Shown here: positions 1 to 9,830 of the stretch, piece by piece
Numbering within the stretch: the first letter of the stretch is position 1
Layout of the letters: each line of letters begins with the position of its first letter
Source: an uncultured bacterium
Lineage (GTDB): Bacteria; Babelota; Babeliae; Babelales; Babelaceae
Length of the DNA stretch: 64,000 nucleotides
Direction: 5' to 3'
Assembly (NCBI GenBank): GCA_963848965.1
Contig: CAWKFG010000004.1
Coordinates: forward strand, 96,001 to 160,000
Translations under genes and position numbers: made by a program
Notes under the pieces: model-generated
Database searches by the model: none
Seen by the model: the letters and a program-made list of their open reading frames with translations, nothing else
What the model was told of the DNA's origin: nothing

Positions 1-2916
1 ATATTAGTTTATCAAACAAGCCCACACTCTCTTAAGAAAGTTGAAGAATATCTCAAGGGAAATACGATTGGAGAGTCACTACAAAAAGCTCGTGATCTTT
101 TAAAAGTTATAAGGTTTTTTGGAATAAGCAAAGATACTTTTGATGTTCTCTTACAAGCATGCGCGAAGACAACTAACTGTGAACCTAATGAGCTTTTTTA
201 CTCCCGAGAAGATCTTTATAAAGAGGCTACAGAGGAAAATTTAAAGTCATTATCCTTAAGCTCTTCTCCTCAAGCTACAGAAGAAAACAGCACTTGGATA
301 CGTAATGAGCTTAATACTCAGCTCAATCTTTCACCACTTGCTCGGCGCAAGATAGCCTTTACTATGGCATTACAGCACGAAAATCAAGATCCTACAACAA
401 GCCTTTCTTATATTATTGATCAAAAGTCATGGCAAGATCTAGAACTACTGTGCGGACCAAAGTCAAATCCACATTTCTGCTTTGCCAGCGCCGTTGATCG
501 TACATCAACAGAGATAGGCAAAGCACTCTTGTATACTAGGCTTTTACAACCGCTTACTACTATTCAAGAGCTTAAAAAAAGACAATCTATTGTTCAAGAA
601 CTACTTAAGCCATCGATATTTCAAGAACTGGATGCCCTTTTTGCACAGTTTTTTAAAGAGCCAAAACATGAAAATAATGTTCTATCTTTTCTCAACGGTG
701 CTGACTTTTTCAAAAATGAATTAAGCTATAATGAAATACAAATTCCTTTCTTTGCTAAATTCTCTCAGTGGTTTAATACCAATGAGATTACAGGCTTTTG
801 GAGCGCTTCTGATAAACTTATTTATAAAATTAGTAATACACTCCTACAGGGGAAGACAAAAACATATGAATTTTGCCTCAATGGTTTAGAGTATTTCTCG
901 ATAATCAAAAATAATAGGCCTCGTATAGATGAAACTATAGAATTCATTAAGTGTTGCTTTAAGTTCTTTATACCCAAGCTCGTTAACGCAACTTCTGAGA
1001 AGTCCTCTAAGCAGGCCTCTGATATGGTTTCTAAATATATAGTAAATGAAAAAATATCCTTAGGGATACCATTTACTAAGTACAAGCTACCTCAAGAGCC
1101 TTCATTCACATCTCCTATTTTTGGTGCTACACTCGGCTGGGCTTATAGCTCTTTTTTAGGAGCGCCGCACATGCTCACGGAAAGCATAATAACAACCTCA
1201 GTAATGCACGTTGTAACACACTTGCTCTATAGTGCGATGAGTGATAATAATTACAGTAGAGCAATTCAAGGATTAGCAGAGGCAAGCATATGCCTCCAGG
1301 AAAAGCTTATACTACTTTCAAAATATGTTAAATTTATCAAAGAGCTTCATACTTTTCTGAAAAATAAGTCACCAAAGCTTTTAGAGCTTATTCCTTCTTT
1401 ACAAGCTTTAGATCTAGGACAAGAAACTCCTCGTCAAAATGTATTCTCTTATTTCTGGCATTTTCCTACAGATATTACCAAGCAGTACATCTTTACAGAC
1501 GCAACGTCTTTCGAGCAGTTCATAAGTAAGCTCTGTAGTGCAACTTTTGATGAGCAAGGTAATATTTTTTCAAGGTATCATATTGGTCGTGTTATCGCAG
1601 TTTATCGCCTTGTAGATCTTCATAAAGAAAGACTTTCTGCCACTGCCACAGCACTTGCAGAACTTGACGCATATCTTTCAGTTGCACGATTGTATAATGA
1701 ATCGCAAGATAAACCAAATAAATATAGCTTTGTTAATTATGATACGTCAGAAACACCTGTTATTGATCTTAAAAACTTTTGGAATCCTTGTGTTGGATAT
1801 GATGCAGTAGCTAATACCTTAACTATGGGTATTGATAATCATCCAAAAGACCTTATAATTACAGGGCCAAATACCGGTGGTAAATCAACACTTATGAGGG
1901 CTCTTGTTTCTGCTATTTTAATGGGCCAATCATTAGGCATAGTTCCTGCACAAGAAGGATCACACATAACATTATTCTCAAATATACGCGCATATCTTAA
2001 TATAACTGATGATTCGTCGCTAGGTCTTTCTTTATTCTGGGCAAGTGCTAGGCGAGCTAAAGAGCTTTTAGAGGCAGCACAAAGACCAACAGGCCATTCA
2101 CTTACACTTTTTGATGAGATATATAATGGAACTGCTCCGAAAATAGGCGAATCTTTAGCCTATGGCACCCTTCTATTTATGACCGATAGCAATCATTGTC
2201 CTCGAAATATATGTATAACTACGACTCACTATCCTTTTGTACAACAATTACGAGAAGAGATAGATACCAAATGTGCTTATTATAGAATAAGCGATAAAGA
2301 AGATTCTGAAAATCGCTATAAACTTTTACCAGGTATTTATACAGAGTCCAACGGCCTTACTATTGCTCAAGAAGTAGGACTTAACGATGAAATTAGTAGA
2401 AACTCAAAACACTACTGTGAGCAAAAATACAAAAATAGTAATCTTAATTGCTTATTTAAGCCAGAAGCTCTCTTAAATACCTGTAAGGAAGAAGGGTTCA
2501 TATTCCTTATGAAACTTATAAAACAGAGCGAAATGAGAGCTTGGCTTCACGAGTTACTTTTAACAGCACCTTATGGCTATCATTTAGTAGAGCTAGCAAT
2601 AAAGCATGCAGTTAATCTCAAGTCATTCCTCAATCTTACAGATGATAAAGGCAGAACAGTACTTCATCGCGCAGCTATAAGAGATGCTAAAAACGGTGCA
2701 CTTATAAGCTTTCTTATCAAACAGGGAGCAAGCCTATGGATGTACGATGCTAAAGGCAAAAGGCCGCGAGACTACGCTTTACCGGACACTGTTGTCTGGA
2801 AGATATTAGTAGATGCAGAAAATACTCAAGGAACATATTTTGAGCAGCTACCTCAAGCATTAAGAGATAGACTCCAGAACTACATTACATATAATAAGAG
2901 AGCTGACGCTTTGTAA
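1..2916 (+). CDS. Divergent MutS-family (domain III/V) ATPase with C-terminal ankyrin repeat; 5' end lies outside the window
   Basis: Frame is open from base 1 through the ATG at 364. Walker A IITGPNTGGKST, Walker B LFDEIYNGT and TTHY motifs; ankyrin-like DDKGRTVLHRAA...GKRPRDYA near the C-terminus. Confidence 0.8.
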   Translation: MLVYQTSPHSLKKVEEYLKGNTIGESLQKARDLLKVIRFFGISKDTFDVLLQACAKTTNCEPNELFYSREDLYKEATEENLKSLSLSSSPQATEENSTWIRNELNTQLNLSPLARRKIAFTMALQHENQDPTTSLSYIIDQKSWQDLELLCGPKSNPHFCFASAVDRTSTEIGKALLYTRLLQPLTTIQELKKRQSIVQELLKPSIFQELDALFAQFFKEPKHENNVLSFLNGADFFKNELSYNEIQIPFFAKFSQWFNTNEITGFWSASDKLIYKISNTLLQGKTKTYEFCLNGLEYFSIIKNNRPRIDETIEFIKCCFKFFIPKLVNATSEKSSKQASDMVSKYIVNEKISLGIPFTKYKLPQEPSFTSPIFGATLGWAYSSFLGAPHMLTESIITTSVMHVVTHLLYSAMSDNNYSRAIQGLAEASICLQEKLILLSKYVKFIKELHTFLKNKSPKLLELIPSLQALDLGQETPRQNVFSYFWHFPTDITKQYIFTDATSFEQFISKLCSATFDEQGNIFSRYHIGRVIAVYRLVDLHKERLSATATALAELDAYLSVARLYNESQDKPNKYSFVNYDTSETPVIDLKNFWNPCVGYDAVANTLTMGIDNHPKDLIITGPNTGGKSTLMRALVSAILMGQSLGIVPAQEGSHITLFSNIRAYLNITDDSSLGLSLFWASARRAKELLEAAQRPTGHSLTLFDEIYNGTAPKIGESLAYGTLLFMTDSNHCPRNICITTTHYPFVQQLREEIDTKCAYYRISDKEDSENRYKLLPGIYTESNGLTIAQEVGLNDEISRNSKHYCEQKYKNSNLNCLFKPEALLNTCKEEGFIFLMKLIKQSEMRAWLHELLLTAPYGYHLVELAIKHAVNLKSFLNLTDDKGRTVLHRAAIRDAKNGALISFLIKQGASLWMYDAKGKRPRDYALPDTVVWKILVDAENTQGTYFEQLPQALRDRLQNYITYNKRADAL

Positions 2917-2979
2917 TTGGTAGAAGAAATAATTTTTCTAGATACAACGATATCTTTCTGTTGGGACTTAGGAATCACG

Positions 2980-3023
2980 AGCTGAAGGAGATTAGCTTAC
3001 TCATATCTAGTCAACCTTCAGCT
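2980..3023. terminator. Hairpin between convergent genes
   Basis: AGCTGAAGG...CCTTCAGCT inverted repeat downstream of both the MutS-like gene and the minus-strand peptide gene. Confidence 0.45.
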
Positions 3024-3119
3024 TGTTAAGTATTAAGCTTCTATTAGCTATCTAGCGCCTTTTACTAAAATAATTAACGTCTTTATTCAAGCCGATTTAA
3101 GCCTATAAATTATGCTCTA

Positions 3120-3281
3120 TCACTTCTTAATTGGCGGTATTTCATCATTTCGTGGTTTAGCACCTGATTCCATACGGAATCCAAGGGGCCAACCCAGAGT
3201 TAATAAAGAAGCATAACCTAACTCTTTTAATTGTGCTTTTTTGCTTACCGTATTTTCATTGTTGTACGTTGAAGGTGACAT
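3120..3281 (-). CDS. Putative lasso peptide precursor 1 (53 aa), not in ORF track
   Basis: Manual translation MSPSTYNNENTVSKKAQLKELGYASLLTL|GWPLGFRMESGAKPRNDEIPPIKK. GGAG RBS; leader L-12/G-8/T-2; core Gly1 and Glu9. Confidence 0.75.
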   Translation of the reverse strand: MSPSTYNNENTVSKKAQLKELGYASLLTLGWPLGFRMESGAKPRNDEIPPIKK

Positions 3282-3334
3282 GATATCTCCGTTATTGATT
3301 AAAGTAAAAATTCACTTTTTAATTCTTCCTCATC

Positions 3335-3363
3335 ATTGTAAATCTATCATAAAGGCTTGTCAA
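3335..3363 (-). promoter_or_regulatory. sigma70-type promoter for precursor 1
   Basis: Minus strand TTGACA-17 nt-TACAAT, about 55 nt upstream of the ATG at 3281. Confidence 0.65.
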
Positions 3364-3515
3364 AAAGACCCTTTGCCTTTAAAAATCTTGCTACCTAGTA
3401 ATTGCCTTATTTCATTAAAAACAGCAAATTTCTTTCTGGGATTATCCCCTAATTAAATTAGAGACAGCTGTTTATAATAGATCAACGAATAACAAGCTAA
3501 CACTGAGGGTAGCAG

Positions 3516-3543
3516 TTGACTTGGTTACATATTCCGCTAAAAT
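3516..3543 (+). promoter_or_regulatory. sigma70-type promoter for precursor 2
   Basis: TTGACT-16 nt-TAAAAT upstream of the ATG at 3650. Confidence 0.45.
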
Positions 3544-3649
3544 GTTACTATATAAATTATTGTTTTTAAATACCTCTAACTTTGGATAAAAATAAATTTT
3601 ATAAAATTTCAGATGTTAAGAATTTAATCTTTTAACTCATGGAGATACT

Positions 3650-3784
3650 ATGTTCATTACAAAAAACCATAACAACAAAAAAGCGAATGTTAAAGCGATT
3701 GGTAATGCTTCTTTAATTACCCTTGGTACTCGCGGTCACAGTGTTGAAATGGCTAAACCTATAAACTATGGTGTCAAAAGATAG
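3650..3784 (+). CDS. Putative lasso peptide precursor 2 (44 aa), not in ORF track
   Basis: Manual translation MFITKNHNNKKANVKAIGNASLITL|GTRGHSVEMAKPINYGVKR. GGAG RBS; leader V-12/G-8/T-2; core Gly1 and Glu8; leader is paralogous to precursor 1. Confidence 0.75.
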   Translation: MFITKNHNNKKANVKAIGNASLITLGTRGHSVEMAKPINYGVKR

Positions 3785-3815
3785 TAATACGGTTAATGAT
3801 AGCAATAAATTTAAT

Positions 3816-3846
3816 AAGGCATAGGTCACTTAATGACTTATGCCTT
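3816..3846. terminator. Hairpin terminator after precursor 2 and the convergent ankyrin gene
   Basis: AAGGCATAGGTCA...TGACTTATGCCTT stem-loop. Confidence 0.6.
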
Positions 3847-3877
3847 TACTAATTAAGAAATATGTTAATTTACTACA

Positions 3878-5269
3878 TTATACGGTATCAACAGCTGGAA
3901 TATTTCCTTTCAAAGATAAGAATAGCTCTTGAATAAGCTCTTTAGGCAACAACTGTAAATAATTTTGTGGTCGCGTAGAATCACTGCGTTGTGCAAGAGC
4001 AGCTATTTTCTTTAGAGCATGCTCACATAGCAACTGATATATTTGAGAGCGCTTTTCACTGCACTTTGAACCTTCACGCATAAGAATGATCTTAATAAGC
4101 ACAAGAGCTTCAAATGGATCTGTACCAAAATTAAGCAAGAGTTTAACAATTTCTATTCGGTTCTGAGCTACTGCATACATAAGAGCTCGAGATAAATGTG
4201 CTTGTTCTTCTTGCGTATAAGCAACAGCAGCATCAGAGCACACTAGCCATGTACGCACAGAATAAGGAACAAATAATTTAAGCCACGATAAAGAATACGA
4301 TAAAAATCCTTGGCTACGAGCCTGGGCTCTATCTTGAATTTCAATAAGGCATTTTTGAACATCTGTATAAGAATTTGTAATAATTGCATACTCAAGGGGA
4401 TTCGTAAAGCATGCTTGCAAAAGCTCTTTCATTGTTGTTTCGTTAACTCCATCAAAAACGAAAGGAAAGCTACTTCCCCCATTCTCTTCAGGCCTATTGA
4501 GTAAACCATAGATACAAAGGAGCCGCACTATTGCATTATACCTAGGTTCGCTAGTAAATATTCCATCTTTAATAAGATTGTGTCTAATCACAAATTCATG
4601 GAGATAATTAAGCGTTGCCCCCGCGCGAAGAAGCATTTCAACATATTTGGCATGACCGAGTACTATAGCAACCCATAGTGCATCTCTTGCTGAATTGCCC
4701 TTTATAGAAGCCTTGCAGCTTATAAGAAGCTTTACTAGAGATTCGTGATTATGCAAGATAGCTTGATAGAGAGGCCAACTTTTTTCAGCTTCCATACCGC
4801 CTATATGATATTTATCACAATTATTAATAAACTCAAGCCCATACCTATCTGGATGAGCTCCTTTATCAAGTGCTTCTTGCGCATCTACAAGGTCTCCTTT
4901 AATTGCAGCCCTGAGTAATGTACAATTAAGGTGAAACTGTAGTGGGTTCTCTGCTTTTATATGTAAGTAAGTAGTGAGTGAATCTGCACTATACTCATAC
5001 TCACTTTTATTAAAATGTGCCCCTTTTTCCAATAGATGAATACAGATATCCCAATACCCCTTATGTGCAGCACATTCTAAAGCTCTATTGCAACTCTTAT
5101 CTTTACTATTACCATTTGCACCCTGAGCAAGCAAAGCAGAAACTAGTGAAATATTATCTTTTTGAATAGCCTTTATTAATTGCATATCTAAGGAGGAACC
5201 CTTTTCCATGCTATAGCAGAAACTCTCTCCTAAAATTACAAGACTACTTAGTAAAAATCTAAAATACAC
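3878..5269 (-). CDS. Secreted ankyrin-repeat protein with C-terminal F-box-like motif
   Basis: Signal-like N-terminus, several ankyrin repeats, C-terminal NYLQLLPKELIQELFLSL. Confidence 0.85.
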   Translation of the reverse strand: MYFRFLLSSLVILGESFCYSMEKGSSLDMQLIKAIQKDNISLVSALLAQGANGNSKDKSCNRALECAAHKGYWDICIHLLEKGAHFNKSEYEYSADSLTTYLHIKAENPLQFHLNCTLLRAAIKGDLVDAQEALDKGAHPDRYGLEFINNCDKYHIGGMEAEKSWPLYQAILHNHESLVKLLISCKASIKGNSARDALWVAIVLGHAKYVEMLLRAGATLNYLHEFVIRHNLIKDGIFTSEPRYNAIVRLLCIYGLLNRPEENGGSSFPFVFDGVNETTMKELLQACFTNPLEYAIITNSYTDVQKCLIEIQDRAQARSQGFLSYSLSWLKLFVPYSVRTWLVCSDAAVAYTQEEQAHLSRALMYAVAQNRIEIVKLLLNFGTDPFEALVLIKIILMREGSKCSEKRSQIYQLLCEHALKKIAALAQRSDSTRPQNYLQLLPKELIQELFLSLKGNIPAVDTV

Positions 5270-5274
5270 GGCTG

Positions 5275-5763
5275 CTATCCCTTATTATTTTGAGCTTTAG
5301 AGCTATGTAGTTCTTCTCGTACTTTCATAAGCAAGATACCAAGCATATTCTTTCCTGTACCATCTCCGGCATCACCCCAATAAGCATCATTGGCAGTATG
5401 TTCAACAAGCAATGCATTACCAGTTGATAGAAGTATATCCTGTAAAGCTTTATGCTGCGTAAATTTAGCTCTTAGAGCTTCTAACATGATGTCATTTTTT
5501 ACCTGTTCCCAATCAGCTCTTAACGGCAACGACCGATTACGCCCTTGAGCTGCAACATCAATAGCTCGCACAGTGTTTCTAATTTCCTCTTCATACACAG
5601 TTCCTTCAAATTTCATCGCTTGAAAGTAGTGCTCAACTGTAGGCCATTTCTTTTCCTTAAGATAAATCTGGGCCGGATAAAAATTAGAAAATTCACCAAA
5701 CTTATCTGCTACTTTATAAAAGTTAATTGTGTTCATAGATAATATGTCTATTTTAATATACAT
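5275..5763 (-). CDS. NADAR/YbiA family N-glycosidase
   Basis: FSNFY, WPTVEHYFQAMKF, KFTQH, LLSTG, D.YWG.GDG.GKN.LG motifs; the true start may be the second Met. Confidence 0.92.
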   Translation of the reverse strand: MYIKIDILSMNTINFYKVADKFGEFSNFYPAQIYLKEKKWPTVEHYFQAMKFEGTVYEEEIRNTVRAIDVAAQGRNRSLPLRADWEQVKNDIMLEALRAKFTQHKALQDILLSTGNALLVEHTANDAYWGDAGDGTGKNMLGILLMKVREELHSSKAQNNKG

Positions 5764-5779
5764 TTTCTTCAGTGCTGTG

Positions 5780-6073
5780 CTAACTATCTATTGATTGAAT
5801 ACCACCAGTTTCTGGTACTTGAAAGACAATTACTCTTTCACAGACCTTACAATTATAATAATGGATCACCTTACTTTCTACAATAGGCGCCCATTGAGCC
5901 TTTTTGCAATATTCACAAACTACTACAAGTTTACGCTTGATTCGTGGAAATTTGGAAATCACCTTTTTTACTTTTTTATTTACATCTCCTACTACTTCTT
6001 TGTTATCTTGTTCCATTGCATGGATAGATATCATACAAAGACTAGCTACAAAAACCATTAACGATTGTTTCAT
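5780..6073 (-). CDS. Small secreted protein with CxxC...CxxC zinc-ribbon-like motif
   Basis: Signal peptide ending IHA|MEQ; CEYC and CKVC. Confidence 0.65.
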   Translation of the reverse strand: MKQSLMVFVASLCMISIHAMEQDNKEVVGDVNKKVKKVISKFPRIKRKLVVVCEYCKKAQWAPIVESKVIHYYNCKVCERVIVFQVPETGGIQSIDS

Positions 6074-6150
6074 AATTTTCTATTCCTATTAAAAGTAATC
6101 TAATTGTTAACTATGTTGAGTTTACAAGCAAATTATAGAGTATCAACAGC

Positions 6151-7836
6151 TCACTTATCCCGTGTTAAAAATAAAAATAGTTCTTTAATAAGCTCTTGAG
6201 GCAATACCTGTAAATAATTCTGTTGTTGGCCTTGATTATTAAATCTCGCAATAGTAACTATTTTTTGCAAGGCTCGCTCAAGTAAGAATTTGTAAATTTG
6301 ACAGCGCTTTTCACCACACTTTGAACCTTCGCGCATAAGAATAATCTTGATAAGAGCAAGAGCTTCAAAAGGATCTGTACCAAAATCAAGCAATAGTTTA
6401 ACAACTTCTTTACGATTCTGACCTACTGCATACATAAGAGCTCGTGAAAGCTGTGCCCGTTCTTCTTGTGTGTAAGCTATAGAATCATCTGACCATGTTA
6501 CTATTGCACGCAGAGAAAGAGGTACAATTGAAGACCCTAACACAGACAAACAATACGGCAAAAGATTTTGGTTGCGAGCACGCGCTCTACTTTGAAGCTC
6601 AGTAAGGCATTTTTGGACACCAAAATAAGAACCAGTGAGCGCAGCATACTCAAGAGGATCTGAAAACACTTTCTTGAAAACAGAACTTATGTGTGAGTTT
6701 TCTCGCATAGTTTGCAATATCGAACCACTAAACGGGTAAAATCGTAGAGGATAAGCTCGATTCTCTTGCCCTTCAGATTGATTATTATAACCATACATAC
6801 ATAGAAGCTTTAATATTTCGCATCGCTTTACAAAAAGATCCTCTTCTATAAGTATCTTTTCAAGTAAGTATTTAACCGAAAAGGAATAGCGACCTGGTAA
6901 CGCTCCTGCCTGTAAAAGCTCCTCAACACAAGCACTATGATGTGTACTTATAGCATGATCAATAATAGAGCCATGAGTATCGTCCTCAGAAGCATCTAAA
7001 ACAATTGAAGCCTTACATTTTATAAGAAGATTTATAAGTGCTTTATGATTATGAAAAACTGCTTGATAGAGAGGCCTTACTTGTTTCGCATCCCAAAAAC
7101 GTTCTTTTCCTATAAGCTCACGAGCATACCCATTAGGATCAGCACCGTGCTTAAGTGCTTCTTCTGCATCTTGGTAATTACCCTCTTTTGCAGCTTTTAT
7201 CAGCTTACAATTAAGGTCACACAGAGGTATATTCTTTGCTCTTATTATAAGAAGCTCTTTAAAGAGCGGAAATAATTGTGACTTTATGTGAATATGCCGA
7301 GCTCCTCTTTCTACTAACAGGAAAGCACTATCCCACTGCGCCTTATTTACTGCATCATCTAAAGCAGTTTTACCATCAAATGGATTAATTCCCGGCTTCG
7401 GTTTGTCCCTATAGTTACAATCTGCACCTGCATCTAAGAGTATTCTTACTATTTCTTTGTGCCCATATTTTGCAGCACGTCTTAACGGAGACTTTCTACA
7501 GTTTTTATGAGTAACCTGAGCCCCAGAAGCAAGAAGTAAACAAACCATATCTTTGTCACCTTTTTTGGCAGCAATACTTAAAGGAGTTTGATAGCTTTCG
7601 TGATGACTCATATACTTTATACGCTTACCAGTATAGACAGGCCATGTAGGACCTTTATAAAATTTGAAGACATAATTAGGATTTGCACCCTGCACAAGCA
7701 AACTGGAAGCTAGAACTTTATCCTCATTTTCAATAGCTTTTAAAAATTGCTTTTTCAAAGATATCGGTTTTTCCATTGCATAACAAAGCGGCATAAGCAA
7801 AAGGTTCAAGCTACATAAAACTATTCTAAAATACAT
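6151..7836 (-). CDS. Secreted ankyrin-repeat protein with C-terminal F-box-like motif (paralog)
   Basis: TPLSIAA, SPLRRAA and GKTALDDA ankyrins; C-terminal NYLQVLPQELIKELFLFL; C-terminal region highly similar to 3878-5269. Confidence 0.88.
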   Translation of the reverse strand: MYFRIVLCSLNLLLMPLCYAMEKPISLKKQFLKAIENEDKVLASSLLVQGANPNYVFKFYKGPTWPVYTGKRIKYMSHHESYQTPLSIAAKKGDKDMVCLLLASGAQVTHKNCRKSPLRRAAKYGHKEIVRILLDAGADCNYRDKPKPGINPFDGKTALDDAVNKAQWDSAFLLVERGARHIHIKSQLFPLFKELLIIRAKNIPLCDLNCKLIKAAKEGNYQDAEEALKHGADPNGYARELIGKERFWDAKQVRPLYQAVFHNHKALINLLIKCKASIVLDASEDDTHGSIIDHAISTHHSACVEELLQAGALPGRYSFSVKYLLEKILIEEDLFVKRCEILKLLCMYGYNNQSEGQENRAYPLRFYPFSGSILQTMRENSHISSVFKKVFSDPLEYAALTGSYFGVQKCLTELQSRARARNQNLLPYCLSVLGSSIVPLSLRAIVTWSDDSIAYTQEERAQLSRALMYAVGQNRKEVVKLLLDFGTDPFEALALIKIILMREGSKCGEKRCQIYKFLLERALQKIVTIARFNNQGQQQNYLQVLPQELIKELFLFLTRDK

Positions 7837-7865
7837 TACTTACCTTTCACTTACTATATTTACTA

Positions 7866-9218
7866 CTAGACGTAAGCACTGAGCAGCGTATAAGCATACT
7901 TTGAAAGAAAAAAAAGTGTTAATTCTTGCGTAATTTCACGAGGAAGAAAGTGTAAATAGTTGGATCGCACACTCAAGCCATCATATTGTGCAAGATCAAG
8001 TATACGCTGTTCAGCTTGTTTAAAAAGCGCTTCATAAAGCTGTGATTGTTCTGAATTAGGTTTTATGCCATCACGAAGTGCAATAACCCATGCTAATTCA
8101 AGAGCCGGATATGGATCTGCACCAAACTCAAGTAAACGCTCACTCATGCGCTTTCGTCCCTGTCCTATTGCACACATAAGAGCATTTGAAAGTCGAACGT
8201 GCTCTTCTTGAGTATAACGCACCGAGGGATCAGGATATTTTACTGAACAAGGATCCCAATACGTCTTCAAACATGTTAGATAGTATGTAGCAAGAGACTG
8301 ACAACGTGCTTGAGCAGTACGCTGAAGTTCCTTAAGCAGCTCGAACAATTCTTTAGCATCATACCATACAACTGCATGCTCAAGTGGATCTGGAAAGATC
8401 CTTTGATAAGTGTCCCTATAGCTCATGCTCTTATCTCTCTCACTCATACTTGGTGCCCCATATATACAAAACAATCGCATTATTTTGTATGTCGTAATAG
8501 GTTCACTATACCGCAATGTAGATAGAAGAGCCAAAAAATTTAAAGGCTTTGCCCCTGCCTCTAAAAGAGCTTTAACAACAGCTATTTGACCGAGTGCTGT
8601 AGCAGTATCAATAGCCTCTCCTTTAACATTAGCCTTACGACTAATAAGCAGCTCAGCAAGATTCTCATGTTTATGAATCATTGCTTGATGTAGGGGCCAG
8701 GTTTCTCTTACTTTATCAATAGGGTAACCACTTATATACAGGATATATGAATAGCCATCAGGGTCGGCACCTTGATCAAGCGCCTCTACCGCACTTTGAT
8801 AATTTCCTTCTTCTGCAGCTTTAAGCAATGTATTGTTAAGTTTAAAGGTACTTGTATCTGCTTTCAAGAGCATAAGCACAATGCCGTGTCTATTACAACA
8901 TACAGCATGATCCAAAGCAGTTTTTCCTTCTCCATCTTTTGCATTAAAATCTGCACCCTTGCTAAGAAGCAGCGCTACTATATCTTCGTGGCCCATTATT
9001 GTAGCCATTGTCAAAAGAGTACAACCATTACTATATCGAGTATCAATAATGTGAGGCTTCTCGTCAATAGGACTAGAAAGCAAAACAGTAACTTCCTGTA
9101 TCTTTCCACCCCAGACAGCTTCAAATAGATTTTTGTTATTTGGCACTTCTTCTTCCATACTATAGCAATAAGATCCATACAAGATTACGAGACTGCTCAA
9201 CAAAAATCTAAAATGCAT
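7866..9218 (-). CDS. Secreted ankyrin-repeat protein with C-terminal F-box-like motif (paralog)
   Basis: Ankyrins (GKTALDHA); C-terminal NYLHFLPREITQELTLFF; signal peptide nearly identical to 3878-5269. Confidence 0.88.
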   Translation of the reverse strand: MHFRFLLSSLVILYGSYCYSMEEEVPNNKNLFEAVWGGKIQEVTVLLSSPIDEKPHIIDTRYSNGCTLLTMATIMGHEDIVALLLSKGADFNAKDGEGKTALDHAVCCNRHGIVLMLLKADTSTFKLNNTLLKAAEEGNYQSAVEALDQGADPDGYSYILYISGYPIDKVRETWPLHQAMIHKHENLAELLISRKANVKGEAIDTATALGQIAVVKALLEAGAKPLNFLALLSTLRYSEPITTYKIMRLFCIYGAPSMSERDKSMSYRDTYQRIFPDPLEHAVVWYDAKELFELLKELQRTAQARCQSLATYYLTCLKTYWDPCSVKYPDPSVRYTQEEHVRLSNALMCAIGQGRKRMSERLLEFGADPYPALELAWVIALRDGIKPNSEQSQLYEALFKQAEQRILDLAQYDGLSVRSNYLHFLPREITQELTLFFLSKYAYTLLSAYV

Positions 9219-9400
9219 AAAATTTTCCTAATTATAATAACTATTAGACAACAAAAATTATTGTACCATAGTCTTTATACTTTTACCAGTTCGTAAAAGT
9301 ATGTGAATAGGCATAAAAATTTACCAAACAGATTACCAGACCTTTTATTTGTGACAATTAAGAATAACAGATATACCAGCTCCAAAACCTAGAAAATGAT

Positions 9401-9425
9401 AAACGAGGGATTAAGTCCCTCGTTT
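9401..9425 (-). terminator. Rho-independent terminator
   Basis: AAACGAGGGA-TTAAG-TCCCTCGTTT perfect stem downstream of 9474-9830. Confidence 0.6.
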
Positions 9426-9473
9426 ATTTGCAAATTTAATGCAGTACTTTTTTGTGGATTATTAGGACACTCT

Positions 9474-9830
9474 CTACATAGTGGCTGATGGCAGTTGAGC
9501 ATTCTCCTTACCAACAAATTCGGCAAACTTCTTTGCTGGATAAATAAGACATTTTTTGCCACTTTTGGTAGAAAATGTGCCTATATACCCTTCTTCCGGT
9601 TCTGAAATCTCTTGCGTTGTACCTCCTGGACACGCCATAACCGTCGTAAAGACCTTCTGTGTATCTTCATCAAGAGAACAAGTAGCTTTGTTCGCTTCAC
9701 TGTTCCATATACAGTTGATAAAAGATTCTTCAAAATTAGGATTGAGAGTTAATTTATACTCATCGGCATGAATAGTACCTAAAAACAGTAAACTTATTGT
9801 TGCAAAAATTGAAATAAAGATCTTTTTCAT
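9474..9830 (-). CDS. Secreted hypothetical protein (4 Cys)
   Basis: Signal peptide MKKIFIS...IHA; AAGGAG RBS. Confidence 0.75.
   Translation of the reverse strand: MKKIFISIFATISLLFLGTIHADEYKLTLNPNFEESFINCIWNSEANKATCSLDEDTQKVFTTVMACPGGTTQEISEPEEGYIGTFSTKSGKKCLIYPAKKFAEFVGKENAQLPSATM

Noticed and set aside
3241..3456. 71-aa plus-strand ORF in the track
   Set aside because: TTG start, no RBS, and it overlaps the promoter and start of the better-supported minus-strand precursor.
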